In this document: positions 43,608-53,214 of the stretch, piece after piece
Layout of the letters: every line of letters starts with the position of its first letter
How positions within the stretch are numbered: the stretch's first letter is position 1
Assembly (NCBI GenBank): GCA_963933835.1
Contig: CAWVVV010000002.1
Coordinates: 384,001-448,000, forward strand
From: an uncultured Puniceicoccaceae bacterium
GTDB lineage: Bacteria > Verrucomicrobiota > Verrucomicrobiia > Opitutales > Oceanipulchritudinaceae
Direction of reading: 5' to 3'
DNA length: 64,000 nucleotides
Notes under the pieces: generated by a model
What the model was told of the DNA's origin: nothing
What the model saw: the letters and a program-made list of their open reading frames with translations, nothing else
Database searches by the model: none
Translations under genes and position numbers: made by a program

Positions 43608-45308
43608 ATGAAATTTTTCCCAGCCATTTTTAGTCAATTCATCGAGAGCCACACCCATCGTCGCAATCTGATGGTGCTGGTCCGGCTGCTTGGCCTGCTC
43701 TTCGTTCTTCTCATCGCTTTCAGCGTGATTTTTCACCTTCTGATGATGCGGGAAGGCCAAAGCTTTAGTTGGTTTACTGGATTTTATTGGGCGCTGACGG
43801 TTATGTCTACGTTGGGCTTCGGAGATATTACTTTTCACACCGATATCGGGCGCTTTTTTTCCATGGTGGTGCTAGCTACGGGGATGGTCTTCGTGCTCGT
43901 ACTGCTACCCTTTACCTTCATCCAGTTTTTCTATGCTCCGTGGATGGAGGCCCAGCAGGCCGCGGCAACACCCCGGAAACTGCCTGAGGGGACACGCAAT
44001 CACGTTGTCCTGACAAATTGGGACAAAGTCACCTCCAACCTCGTAAAGAAGCTGCCGGCCTACCGCTACGAGTATGTAGTCATCGTCCCTACGCTTGAGC
44101 AGGCACGAGAGCTTACGGATTTAGGTATTCGCGTCGTGCTGGGCGACCTCGACGATCCGAATACATACCGGGCAGTTCAATTGGAGCACGCGGCAATGCT
44201 GGCCGTGACCGGGAGTGACACTTCGAATACCAATGTCGCCTTTACGGCCCGAGAAATTGCACCAGATCTCAAGATCGTCACCACCGCCCGTCGTAGTGCC
44301 TCCTGTGAGGTGCTCCAGCTATCTGGAGTGGATGAAGTGATCCAATTACCCGAAATCATGGGGCAATCGCTAGCCCGCCGCTGCAGTGTTGGGCGCCAGG
44401 CAGTGAGCTTTATTGGACAAATCGACGAGTTACACGTCGCCGAGGCTCCCGTGGGACACACCGATCTTGTCGGACAGACCCTGATTGGGAGTGATATCCG
44501 AAAAGAGACGGGGTTGAATGCGATTGGAGTATGGGAGCGCGGCCGATTTGAGCCTGCCATGGCTGATACAAAATTGACGGCGAATACGGTTCTGGTGCTT
44601 GCCGGTTCAAAAGAACAAATGGCCGCCTTTGATCGGCGCTATGCTCTTGAAGTGGAGGCCGCACCGATCGTGATTATTGGTGCTGGGCGGGTGGGGCGAG
44701 CGGCGGCTCGAGCTTTGGCCGCTCGTGGGCTTGAATACCGACTCATCGAACAACTTGGAGAACGCATTCGTGATCCAGAGCGCTACATTATGGGCGATGC
44801 ATCGCGCCGTGAGGTAATGGAAGCCGCCGGGATCGATAAAGCACCCGCCGCCATTATCACCACCCACGATGACGATACGAACGTCTATCTAACGATCTTT
44901 CTGCGCTGCCTACGACCGGACATACAACTGATCGCCCGGTCGAACCTCGAACGCAATGTCTCCACGCTGCATCGGGCGGGTGCAGATTTTGTCATGTCTT
45001 ACTCGAGCATGGGTGCAAATGGTATCTTGAACAGCTTGCGCGGGGGCAAACTTGTGATGGTAACCGAGGGTCTGGGGCTGTTCAAAGTCGCAGTGGCATC
45101 CAGTTTGGTTGGGCTTTCTCTGATCGAGGCCAAGATCCGAATCGAAACCGGTTGCAGTGTGGCTGGCTTACGTCGGGCAGGAAAAACGTTGGTTAATCCC
45201 TCGCCGACGACTGTTTTTGAGGCGGGGGACGAATTGATCGCGATCGGAGGCGTCGAGGACGAGCGTTCTTTTCTAAAGAAATATCCGCCGCCAGAACACG
45301 TTGGGTGA
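43608..45308 (+). CDS. Two-TM potassium channel with tandem RCK (TrkA-N/TrkA-C) domains
   Basis: Filter TLGFGD; GAGRVG Rossmann motif; two TrkA-C-like segments. Confidence 0.9.
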   Translation: MKFFPAIFSQFIESHTHRRNLMVLVRLLGLLFVLLIAFSVIFHLLMMREGQSFSWFTGFYWALTVMSTLGFGDITFHTDIGRFFSMVVLATGMVFVLVLLPFTFIQFFYAPWMEAQQAAATPRKLPEGTRNHVVLTNWDKVTSNLVKKLPAYRYEYVVIVPTLEQARELTDLGIRVVLGDLDDPNTYRAVQLEHAAMLAVTGSDTSNTNVAFTAREIAPDLKIVTTARRSASCEVLQLSGVDEVIQLPEIMGQSLARRCSVGRQAVSFIGQIDELHVAEAPVGHTDLVGQTLIGSDIRKETGLNAIGVWERGRFEPAMADTKLTANTVLVLAGSKEQMAAFDRRYALEVEAAPIVIIGAGRVGRAAARALAARGLEYRLIEQLGERIRDPERYIMGDASRREVMEAAGIDKAPAAIITTHDDDTNVYLTIFLRCLRPDIQLIARSNLERNVSTLHRAGADFVMSYSSMGANGILNSLRGGKLVMVTEGLGLFKVAVASSLVGLSLIEAKIRIETGCSVAGLRRAGKTLVNPSPTTVFEAGDELIAIGGVEDERSFLKKYPPPEHVG

Positions 45309-45368
45309 GTGAGTGAAACCGACGGCCGATGGGGCAAGCTTGCTTCAGCTGCTTTCGCTTTCGCAGTG

Positions 45369-45471
45369 TTGAAAATAGGGGGGGATTGATTCGGCTAGGC
45401 CTCAGGGCTTTGCCCCAACCTTCGATTGCCGTTTCGCTTCGCTGCACAAACCCCCGAGCGTGGGTTCTCAT
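45369..45471 (-). repeat. tRNA-derived repeat: copy of tRNA-Ser 3' end split by a 59-nt insert
   Basis: AGGGGGGGATT at 45377-45387 equals 45524-45534; CAAACCCCCG at 45447-45456 vs CGAACCCCCG at 45535-45544; TTGAAAAT lies just before both copies on the + strand. Confidence 0.6.
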
Positions 45472-45512
45472 CTGCGCCCTCTTAGCCGCATTTGTCGGCG
45501 ACTGCGTCTTGA

Positions 45513-45606
<94 letters not shown>

Positions 45607-45702
45607 GAATTAAAGATGGGGAGAAAATGGATACTTCGGGCAGAAGCAACCGCAAAGCGCATTTCATTGCGGAAACGCTTGCTCAGAGCACACCGGAACG
45701 GA

Positions 45703-46164
45703 CTACTCGATGACCCAGTAGAAACGTGAGCCAGAAACGATGTCCCGCAGGCGTCCCGTGGTGAGATTGCCGTCGTCGAATTTCGTATCGATCTCTAGGA
45801 GCTCAGACGAAGTGATGGTGTAGCCAACGACGCCGACACCCAGGGCAATCTCCGAGTCGTTGGCTTCGATGTCCCATCGCCCTCCTATACTGGAGGCGGC
45901 CGAAAAGGGGCCAGGGCTGATGTAACCGTTCATCTGCGCGTGCAGTGTTCCCGTGCCTGAGTCGACCGGAAGCGTGCCGTTTTCTAAGTAGAAAGTTTCG
46001 ATCGCACTTTTAAAGACGCGGACATCGTTGATAAACCGAGTCTGAGTCGAGCCTTTGCTTACCGAGATAAAGGTTGGAATGGCGGCTGCAGCAAGGAGTC
46101 CGATGATCACGACGACAATCATGATCTCGACTAGAGTAAATCCTCTCCTTTTTCGGTATTCCAT
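45703..46164 (-). CDS. Type IV pilin / pseudopilin-like protein
   Basis: Class III signal RKRRG|FTLVEIMIVVVIIGLLAA. Confidence 0.9.
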   Translation of the reverse strand: MEYRKRRGFTLVEIMIVVVIIGLLAAAAIPTFISVSKGSTQTRFINDVRVFKSAIETFYLENGTLPVDSGTGTLHAQMNGYISPGPFSAASSIGGRWDIEANDSEIALGVGVVGYTITSSELLEIDTKFDDGNLTTGRLRDIVSGSRFYWVIE

Positions 46165-46330
46165 CTTCCCAAAATTGAGCTAGCGTCTATTTTCTGACAA
46201 TTCCGACGTGTTGTTTTCGGAAGTTTTTAAAGCTCTTTAGCTTGCAAGTGTGATAAATCGGCCAATTTGCTGTTCTCTTTATATGTTTTTAATCAAAATG
46301 AGTGAATTCTTTAGCTTGAGGATAGGATTG

Positions 46331-47365
46331 ATGCCTAAGCAGATGGTCATCTTTTGCTGCGGACTGGCTGCTTTGTGCGCTTCGCAGGCCTCGGCAGCCG
46401 AACTAATCTTCGAAAACGGTGAGCGGCTAAAAGGGTCGATTATCGAGCTTAGTAACGACTCTGTTCGCTTTAAGAGCGCCAATCTAGGCGAGATTACGGT
46501 GCCTCTGGTCGCAGTTGAAATCAAGCGGGATGCGGTCCCTGTAATTACCATAGATCTGAAATCCAAAGGCCTAGCGAACGCTTCGGAAGATCCGCCTGAG
46601 CCTGCCTTGATGGAAAAAGAGGAGGGCAGGGGGCTGCACGATGTTGCTTTGAACCGTTGGACCTCACTCTGGGAAAGGAATGCCTTCTGGTCCACTGTTG
46701 AACGCTATTGTCCGCTGAAGACGTGGAAGAACCGAGTCGATTTCGGATTCTTCTTTCAGAACACCACCCGCAAGGACTTGCGTTACGATTTTGGGTTTAA
46801 CACGCAAAAGCGCGTCGATAAGCACGAGACGGAATTTAACTTCTCCTATGCCTGCCGTCGAATTGACGAGGATGTGAGGCGCGATTGGACGAAAGGTAAT
46901 CTACTTTATCGCTACGACATCGGGGACAGGGTCTTTATTCAGAGCAATGCGCGTTATCAGCGTCGTCCGGAGGAATCCATTTACAGTGAATTCAGTGAGT
47001 CTATTGGACTTGGTTATCGTTGGTTGGATGCCGATTCAGTCCGAGGAACGATCACGCCGGAAATCGGATTTAACTATGCCGACATTGGTGTTTTAGACAG
47101 CTACAGTGTGGCGATCGGTTCTTTCGTTCAGGACTTTGAGATTGATCTATCGGACACCCTAAAGATTTCTCAGGATCTGCTTCTCCAGTACAGTCCTTCT
47201 GATCAAGGAGACTTTGCGATAAACTTCCAAGTGGCGGTAGAGAATCGGATCACGCAGAGCCTAAGTCTCAGAATTGCCTACATCTACATCTATGATGAAC
47301 GGGTAGAGTTCGAAAATCAGAAAACCGAAGAGACGGCCAAAATCACGGTCGGGGCGTATTTCTAG
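46331..47365 (+). CDS. DUF481-like outer-membrane beta-barrel protein
   Basis: Signal peptide; NGERLKG N-terminal domain; W...VDFG, YRYD, GLGYR strands; ends VGAYF. Confidence 0.75.
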   Translation: MPKQMVIFCCGLAALCASQASAAELIFENGERLKGSIIELSNDSVRFKSANLGEITVPLVAVEIKRDAVPVITIDLKSKGLANASEDPPEPALMEKEEGRGLHDVALNRWTSLWERNAFWSTVERYCPLKTWKNRVDFGFFFQNTTRKDLRYDFGFNTQKRVDKHETEFNFSYACRRIDEDVRRDWTKGNLLYRYDIGDRVFIQSNARYQRRPEESIYSEFSESIGLGYRWLDADSVRGTITPEIGFNYADIGVLDSYSVAIGSFVQDFEIDLSDTLKISQDLLLQYSPSDQGDFAINFQVAVENRITQSLSLRIAYIYIYDERVEFENQKTEETAKITVGAYF

Positions 47366-47368
47366 CCG

Positions 47369-47734
47369 CTACTGCAGCTCGATTTCGATGCGCTCAGCAT
47401 CTTTCCAGAGGCTTTCCAGATTGTAGTGCTCGCGCATTTCCTCGGTAAAGACGTGAACGAGGAAATCGTAGGCATCGAGAACCATCCAGCCGTTGCCAAT
47501 GCTGGTGTCGGTCCCGAGCACAGGTAATTTCAGCTCTTTCAATTCCGAAGCAGTCGTCCCGATGAGCGCGCGCAAGTGCGGCTCTGAGGTTCCTGTCGCG
47601 ATGACGAAGAAGTCAGCGAGGGAGGATTTCTCACCCATGTAGAGAACTGTGATCGCCTCAGCTTTCTTATCGAAGAGAGCTTGGCAGCAGGCCTTGATTT
47701 GAGCGATGGAGGGGTGTTCGAGGGCGACAGACAT
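47369..47734 (-). CDS. rsfS: Ribosome silencing factor
   Basis: DKKAE, FVIATG.S..H, W.VLD..D..VHVF....R..YNLE.LW. Confidence 0.94.
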   Translation of the reverse strand: MSVALEHPSIAQIKACCQALFDKKAEAITVLYMGEKSSLADFFVIATGTSEPHLRALIGTTASELKELKLPVLGTDTSIGNGWMVLDAYDFLVHVFTEEMREHYNLESLWKDAERIEIELQ

Positions 47735-47749
47735 GTGTGAGGACGAAAT

Positions 47750-48376
47750 TCAGCTAGAGCTATAGAGGTCGGGATTATTTTGAAGGGTGTTTAAGACAGG
47801 CAAGGAAACGAGATTGTCAATCGGCAAGCCAACCGCCAACCGCTCACGGATCATTGTTGAGCTGATGTTGAAGGTCGGAGCCTCGATCCACGTGGCTTGT
47901 AAGCCTGCTAAATTAGGAAGGCTTTGCTCAGATCCGGGCCGTGCCACCACGATGAAGGTCACCTCGTTGACGAGTAATTCAATTTCTCCCCACTGGTCGA
48001 GCGTGGGTAGTTGATCAGCGCCGATGAGCCAATGGAGTGCCGCACCGGAGAAGCGCTCCCTTAGATGCGCGACCGTCCGTCGAGTGTAGCTCGGTAATGG
48101 CTGATCGAGCTCCCAGTCGATCACGTCGAGCTTGGGCTCACCCCTGACAGCCGCTCGAATCATCTCTAGGCGTAGCTCGCCGCTTGCGATCGGGCCGCGT
48201 TCCTTCAGGGGGTTGCGAGCCGCAGGCACAAAATAGAGGCCCTCAAGCTGTGCCTTTTCCACCACGACCTTCGCGAGCTCGATATGTCCGAGATGCAGGG
48301 GGTCGAACGAACCACCGAAAAACCCGAGGCGCTTGGCGTCGCGCGAGTCGTTTGATGGGGTAGGCGAGGGTGTCAT
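47750..48376 (-). CDS. nadD: Nicotinate-nucleotide adenylyltransferase
   Basis: GGSFDPLHLGH, SYT, IGAD, ISSTMIRER; adjacent to rsfS. Confidence 0.95.
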   Translation of the reverse strand: MTPSPTPSNDSRDAKRLGFFGGSFDPLHLGHIELAKVVVEKAQLEGLYFVPAARNPLKERGPIASGELRLEMIRAAVRGEPKLDVIDWELDQPLPSYTRRTVAHLRERFSGAALHWLIGADQLPTLDQWGEIELLVNEVTFIVVARPGSEQSLPNLAGLQATWIEAPTFNISSTMIRERLAVGLPIDNLVSLPVLNTLQNNPDLYSSS

Positions 48377-48470
48377 TGTTTCAGGTATGGGCGAACTTCG
48401 GTTCGGCCTCAAATCCCGAATGCCTATTTTCCCTTGTCCGGCCAACGTGATCCTCTAGCGTCCCGAGCCT

Positions 48471-49391
48471 ATGCGTCTACGTGAGCTACTCAGTGTATTT
48501 CTAAAAGGTGTTGGTATGGGTGCCGCTAATGTCATTCCTGGAGTTTCTGGGGGGACGATCGCGCTCATCACAGGCATCTATCCGCGACTGATCCAAGCGC
48601 TTAGGCACGCCTCCCAGCCGTCGACGATCAAAGATATTACGCGTGGTCAATGGGCACGAGCATGGGCCCATCTCGACGGATGGTTTCTCGTCGCGCTCGG
48701 GATGGGCGTCGTTGTTAGCATTCTGTCGCTCGCACGGCTTTTCGACTTTCTCCTCCTGCATCACGAGGTAGTGACAATGGCCTTCTTCTTTGGCCTCGTC
48801 CTCGTCTCGATCATCCATGTGGGCCGCACCGTTCCGAATTGGAATGCCAGCCGCGTCGGTGCACTTCTCCTTGGGGTGGTGGTAGCCGTCGGGCTCGCCT
48901 TTGTTGCGCCAGCTGAGGCCAACGCTTCCTTCGGGTATCTTGTCATCTGTGGTGTTGTTGCGATTGGAAGCATGATTCTTCCAGGCCTCTCTGGCTCCTT
49001 TGTCCTTATGTTGATGGGCAACTACGTCCTCGTGATCCGTGGGATTAAGGAATTCGATTTCGGTGTCATTCTTCCAATGGGCCTCGGTTGCGCGGTGGGC
49101 CTGCTGGGCTTTGTCCAAGTCCTTGGCTGGGCGCTAAAGCGCGCCCCTCACGTTGTCATCTCGCTCATGACAGGCTTTGTGCTGGGTTCACTGCTGACGA
49201 TCTGGCCCTGGAAAGTGCAGGACGTCGAAACGATCACGGTCGCGGGCGAGAGCAAGGATGTGGTCACCGGTTACACATGGGAACTTCCGACCCAGTTCGA
49301 TGCCACTTTCTTCATCGCCATCGCACTAATGATCGGTGGCGGCATCTTCCTCCATCTCGTTCAGACGTTTGCGACGGAGCAAAAGTCCTAG
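48471..49391 (+). CDS. DUF368 membrane protein (undecaprenyl-phosphate translocase family)
   Basis: MGAANVIPGVSGGTIA.ITGIY, MILPGLSGS, WPW. Confidence 0.92.
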   Translation: MRLRELLSVFLKGVGMGAANVIPGVSGGTIALITGIYPRLIQALRHASQPSTIKDITRGQWARAWAHLDGWFLVALGMGVVVSILSLARLFDFLLLHHEVVTMAFFFGLVLVSIIHVGRTVPNWNASRVGALLLGVVVAVGLAFVAPAEANASFGYLVICGVVAIGSMILPGLSGSFVLMLMGNYVLVIRGIKEFDFGVILPMGLGCAVGLLGFVQVLGWALKRAPHVVISLMTGFVLGSLLTIWPWKVQDVETITVAGESKDVVTGYTWELPTQFDATFFIAIALMIGGGIFLHLVQTFATEQKS

Positions 49392-49451
49392 CCTCGGCGG
49401 AAAAAGCTCGCTCGCTGGGGCATTGAGAATTGGAACAGAGGATTACTTTAG

Positions 49452-49536
49452 GCCCGGATGGCGGAATTGGTAGACGCTGAGGACTTAAAATCCTTTGCCT
49501 TAGGGCGTGGGGGTTCAAGCCCCCCTCCGGGTACCA
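49452..49536 (+). tRNA. tRNA-Leu(TAA)
   Basis: GCCCGGA/TCCGGGT acceptor stem, anticodon loop CT-TAA-AA, variable arm, GTTCAAG T-loop, encoded CCA. Confidence 0.96.
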
Positions 49537-49602
49537 CTTTGGATCGCGGGTGAAGGCGCTATCGAATCCTTTGGTTGGAGCCTGCCGTAAAAATTGAGCA
49601 GA

Positions 49603-49803
49603 TTAGGCGGAGCGATTAGGTGTGTCCTGATGCCGCACGGTCTCTTTGCTAATCGTTCCACGCTCTTCAATTACAGGCTTCTCTTTGCCCCAATACCATG
49701 CCCATCCGCGCTTCAGGCCACGCTTCAGGTCGTCGAGAATTAGATAGGTGCAGGGAACAAGTAGAAGGGTGACAAAGGTAGCGAAGAGGATGCCCCAGCC
49801 CAG
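49603..49803 (-). pseudogene. 3' remnant of an RND (AcrB-family) efflux permease: last TM helix and tail
   Basis: Hand translation LGWGILFATFVTLLLVPCTYLILDDLKRGLKRGWAWYWGK...NRSA*; not in the ORF track because it has no start. Confidence 0.75.
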
Positions 49804-49966
49804 CTAGTTGGGGTCTGAACAGGAATGTCTGTTGCTCCTTCTTCGGGTAGGCTAGCGCAGCCCGTAAGAAGCGCAATCACCAGGGCGCCGCTCTATGCGC
49901 TTGATTGCTCAAGGTAAGCGGCCTCGTGAGTAATCTGAACGAGGAAACACAAATTTGGATACACAT
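49804..49966 (-). pseudogene. 5' remnant of a lipoprotein, probably an efflux outer-membrane factor
   Basis: ATG at 49966 with GGAG upstream; degraded signal peptide; lipobox GALVIALLTG-C (Cys codon 49857-49859) then ASLPEEGATDIPVQTPTSW. Confidence 0.5.
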
Positions 49967-50196
49967 AGCCCGTGGACTCCGTCAGTCCTGAATGCATGAC
50001 GGAGGGAACAACTGAAAAAAGACACACAGCAGCCTACTTGCTAGATGTTATTTTCGGCAAAAATATTCCATAGAGAAAAAACGCTATCGAAGGCACTCAT
50101 GAGGGGTGATTTAAGAGGCGAAAAACCTCAGGTATCGACTTGCCTCCAATGGGGATGATGGCTCCCATGACTTCGTAACACTCGAGTGGCTACGCT

Positions 50197-50748
50197 ATGA
50201 GCACGACAAAAGATTTCGCATACGACAGCAAGATTGAGGGAGATATCATCGTTTCGAAGGCCGATGCGGTGATTAACTGGGTGCGCAGCCACTCGGTTTG
50301 GCCGATGCCAATGGGCCTTGCCTGTTGCGCGATCGAGCTGATGGCGGCGGGAGGTTCTCGCTTTGATATTTCACGCTTCGGAATGGAAGTGATGCGCTTT
50401 TCGCCCCGTCAAAGCGATTGCATGATCGTGGCTGGAACTGTGACCTACAAGATGGCTGAGGTGATACGCCGCATTTACGACCAAATGGCTGAGCCAAAAT
50501 GGGTCGTGGCAATGGGCGCATGCGCGTCTTCCGGCGGTATGTATCGCAGCTATGCGACACTTCAAGGGGTGGATCGGATCGTGCCCGTCGACGTCTACAT
50601 CTCTGGCTGTCCTCCACGACCGGAGGCGCTCCTCGACGGGATGATGAAACTTCAAAAGAAGATCGAGGCAGAGCGTTCCACCGGACAACTCTTCGGTGAT
50701 CGCCCGGTGAAGCCGCTGGCTTTTCAGAAAACAACCACCGAGGCCTAG
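50197..50748 (+). CDS. nuoB: NADH-quinone oxidoreductase subunit B
   Basis: [30 protein letters not shown]. Confidence 0.97.
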   Translation: MSTTKDFAYDSKIEGDIIVSKADAVINWVRSHSVWPMPMGLACCAIELMAAGGSRFDISRFGMEVMRFSPRQSDCMIVAGTVTYKMAEVIRRIYDQMAEPKWVVAMGACASSGGMYRSYATLQGVDRIVPVDVYISGCPPRPEALLDGMMKLQKKIEAERSTGQLFGDRPVKPLAFQKTTTEA

Positions 50749-50770
50749 GCGCACACAGACTTCTTTTGCT

Positions 50771-51403
50771 ATGACTGAGCTGCTTGCCCACTTTTCTTTT
50801 TTAAGTCCGCGCGAAAGCCTCGATTTACCTGCTTACAACTGTCCGCAGGCTGAGCTCATTGGATTGCTCAATGCTCTGCGCGACGACCACGGCTACGATC
50901 TCCTCACCGATGTCACAGCCATCGATCACTACGAGATGTCACCGCGCTTTGAGGTCGTCTACCATCTGTATTCGACAACCAAATACACTGCTATCCGGCT
51001 CGCGACACCCTGCGCGGATGACAATGAGCCGAGTTGCCCGACAGCTGTTGAGATCTGGCCTGCTGCCAACTGGCATGAGCGTGAAACGTGGGACCTCCTT
51101 GGAATTCGCTTTGAAGGCCATCCGGATCTGCGCCGTATTTTGATGTGGGAAGACTACCCGTATCATCCACTGCGCAAAGAGTTCCCGCTCGCTGGACACG
51201 AAGTCGAGCTGCCATCGGCAGAAATCGCCGAGCGCACAAATACCACGGTGAAGCCTGCCCCGATGATGGGTGGCCCCTTCCACTCTGGACAACGTGGATC
51301 GATGCGTGATCGCGAACCACGCGCTGATGATGAGAGCTGGACTGAAGAGCTCGAAAAAGACGCTGCCCAAGCCCAAGTCGAACGCCCGCGTGAGCTCGAT
51401 TAA
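50771..51403 (+). CDS. nuoC: NADH-quinone oxidoreductase subunit C
   Basis: RFEVVYHL, ANWHERETWDLLGI.F.GHPDLRRIL, HPLRKEFP. Confidence 0.96.
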   Translation: MTELLAHFSFLSPRESLDLPAYNCPQAELIGLLNALRDDHGYDLLTDVTAIDHYEMSPRFEVVYHLYSTTKYTAIRLATPCADDNEPSCPTAVEIWPAANWHERETWDLLGIRFEGHPDLRRILMWEDYPYHPLRKEFPLAGHEVELPSAEIAERTNTTVKPAPMMGGPFHSGQRGSMRDREPRADDESWTEELEKDAAQAQVERPRELD

Positions 51404-51422
51404 ATCAAAAATTTCCACTGTA

Positions 51423-52658
51423 ATGGCTGAAACAAAAGAAATTTCCATCGGAGACATCGCGGCACGTAGTGCAGCGGGTGAAGAATTCCATGGTGACAAG
51501 TTAAGCATCAACATGGGGCCGTCTCACCCAGCGACCCACGGTGTGCTTCGCCTAAATCTTGAGCTCGATGGGGAGACCGTGACGAAGTGTGATCCGGTCA
51601 TTGGCTACCTGCACCGCGGCGACGAAAAGATCGCCGAGAACATGACTTACAACCAATTCATCCCTTACACGGATCGACTGGATTACATTGGGCCGATCCA
51701 CAACAACGTCACTTTTGCAATGGCGGTGGAAAAACTCGCAGGGCTTCAGATGCCACCGCGTTGTGAAACGATCCGCTTGCTTTGCTGTGAGCTCGCACGG
51801 CTTCAGAGCCACCTCCTGGGCTGTGGAGTCTACGGTATGGATTGCGGCGCATTGACCGTTTTCATGTATACGTTCACGGAGCGTGAAAAACTTTACACGC
51901 TCATTGAAGAGCTGACCGGCGCTCGCTTTACGACCAGCTATACCCGCATTGGTGGCCTCGCCCGCGACATCCCTGAAGGTTGGCTCGGCCGTGTCCTTAA
52001 GGTTGTCAATGAGCTCGAGCCGGTCCTCGAAGAGTGCAACAAGCTACTGACCCGAAACCGGATCTTCTACGATCGCACGGTTGGAGTGGGAACAATTTCG
52101 AAAGAAGACGCTATTGCGTATGGCTTAACCGGCCCGAACCTCCGAGCATCCGGCGTCGCGGTCGACCTGCGCAAAGACAACCCTTACCTCGGCTACGAAA
52201 ACTACGACTTCGATGTCCCGGTGGGAGAAAACGGCGACTCATACGATCGCTGGCTCGTGCGTCTCGAAGAGATGTATCAGACGATCAAGATTATCCGCCA
52301 AGCGATTACGAAGATGCCTGACGGTCCTTGGTACGCTGAGGACGCGCGGAAGATTTTTGCCCCGCGCAAGGACAAGGTCCTCACGAGCATGGAGGAGCTG
52401 ATCCAGAATTTCATGATCGTGACCGAAGGGCCCCAGATGCCAGCCGGTGAAGTCTATTTTGAAGCCGAGAATCCGAAAGGTGCGCTCGGCTTCTACATCG
52501 TTTCCAAGGGCGGGGGCGTTCCGTATCGAATGAAGATCCGCAGCCCATCGTTTTGTAACCTCTCTATCCTGCCAAAGCTCTGCGTCGGCTCGATGGTCTC
52601 AGATGTGCCGGTGATTCTCGGTAGTCTAGACTTCGTCCTGGGTGAGTGTGACCGTTAA
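51423..52658 (+). CDS. nuoD: NADH-quinone oxidoreductase subunit D
   Basis: NMGPSHPATHGVLR, GYLHRG.EK, ENPKG, D.VLGECDR; start at ATG 51423. Confidence 0.97.
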   Translation: MAETKEISIGDIAARSAAGEEFHGDKLSINMGPSHPATHGVLRLNLELDGETVTKCDPVIGYLHRGDEKIAENMTYNQFIPYTDRLDYIGPIHNNVTFAMAVEKLAGLQMPPRCETIRLLCCELARLQSHLLGCGVYGMDCGALTVFMYTFTEREKLYTLIEELTGARFTTSYTRIGGLARDIPEGWLGRVLKVVNELEPVLEECNKLLTRNRIFYDRTVGVGTISKEDAIAYGLTGPNLRASGVAVDLRKDNPYLGYENYDFDVPVGENGDSYDRWLVRLEEMYQTIKIIRQAITKMPDGPWYAEDARKIFAPRKDKVLTSMEELIQNFMIVTEGPQMPAGEVYFEAENPKGALGFYIVSKGGGVPYRMKIRSPSFCNLSILPKLCVGSMVSDVPVILGSLDFVLGECDR

Positions 52659-52693
52659 CCGCAGAACCCAAGACATCTCTTTATAAGCACACC

Positions 52694-53200
52694 ATGGCTT
52701 TTGAACCATCCAGCGAAATCCAGTCTTATACCGACGAGCTGATCCCGCGCTACCCGCAGGCTCAGAGCGCGCTGCTCATGATCCTGCACGCCGTGCAGCG
52801 TGAAGTCGGATTCATCTCTCTCGACGCTCAAGTATGGGTCGCGGCTCGCCTCGAAATCACTCCGCTGCAAGTGCGCGAGGTGGTGACTTTTTATCCCTTC
52901 TATCGTGAGCACGCGATCGGCAAGCGCCACGTGCGTGTCTGTCGGACGCTCTCCTGTGCGCTCAACGGCGCCTACAAGATCTGTGACACGATCTGCGATG
53001 CCTTCGATACAAAGCGAAACGATATTTCGCCCGACGGACGCGTCACAGTGGAGTTTGCTGAATGTCTTGCGAACTGTGGCACCGCACCCGTCGTGATGAT
53101 TGACGACGATCTCTACGAAAACGTCAGTCCGAAGAAAGCCGTCGAACTTTGCGAAAAGATCAAAGCCGAGACGCCCGCCACCGCTCCCGCCGCTAACTAA
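52694..53200 (+). CDS. nuoE: NADH-quinone oxidoreductase subunit E
   Basis: VVTFY, CRTLSC, ECLANC..AP. Confidence 0.96.
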   Translation: MAFEPSSEIQSYTDELIPRYPQAQSALLMILHAVQREVGFISLDAQVWVAARLEITPLQVREVVTFYPFYREHAIGKRHVRVCRTLSCALNGAYKICDTICDAFDTKRNDISPDGRVTVEFAECLANCGTAPVVMIDDDLYENVSPKKAVELCEKIKAETPATAPAAN

Positions 53201-53214
53201 CCTGAGGGGATACC

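Noticed and set aside
45703..46164. Complete type II secretion or type IV pilus system
   Set aside because: Only a single pilin-like gene is present, with no ATPase, platform or secretin gene in the window.
49667..49876. 69-aa minus-strand ORF from the track
   Set aside because: It is an off-frame reading across the efflux deletion scar. The meaningful peptides are in the other two frames.
51270..51422. N-terminal extension of NuoD given by the ORF track
   Set aside because: It overlaps nuoC by more than 130 nt. ATG 51423 gives a normal NuoD.
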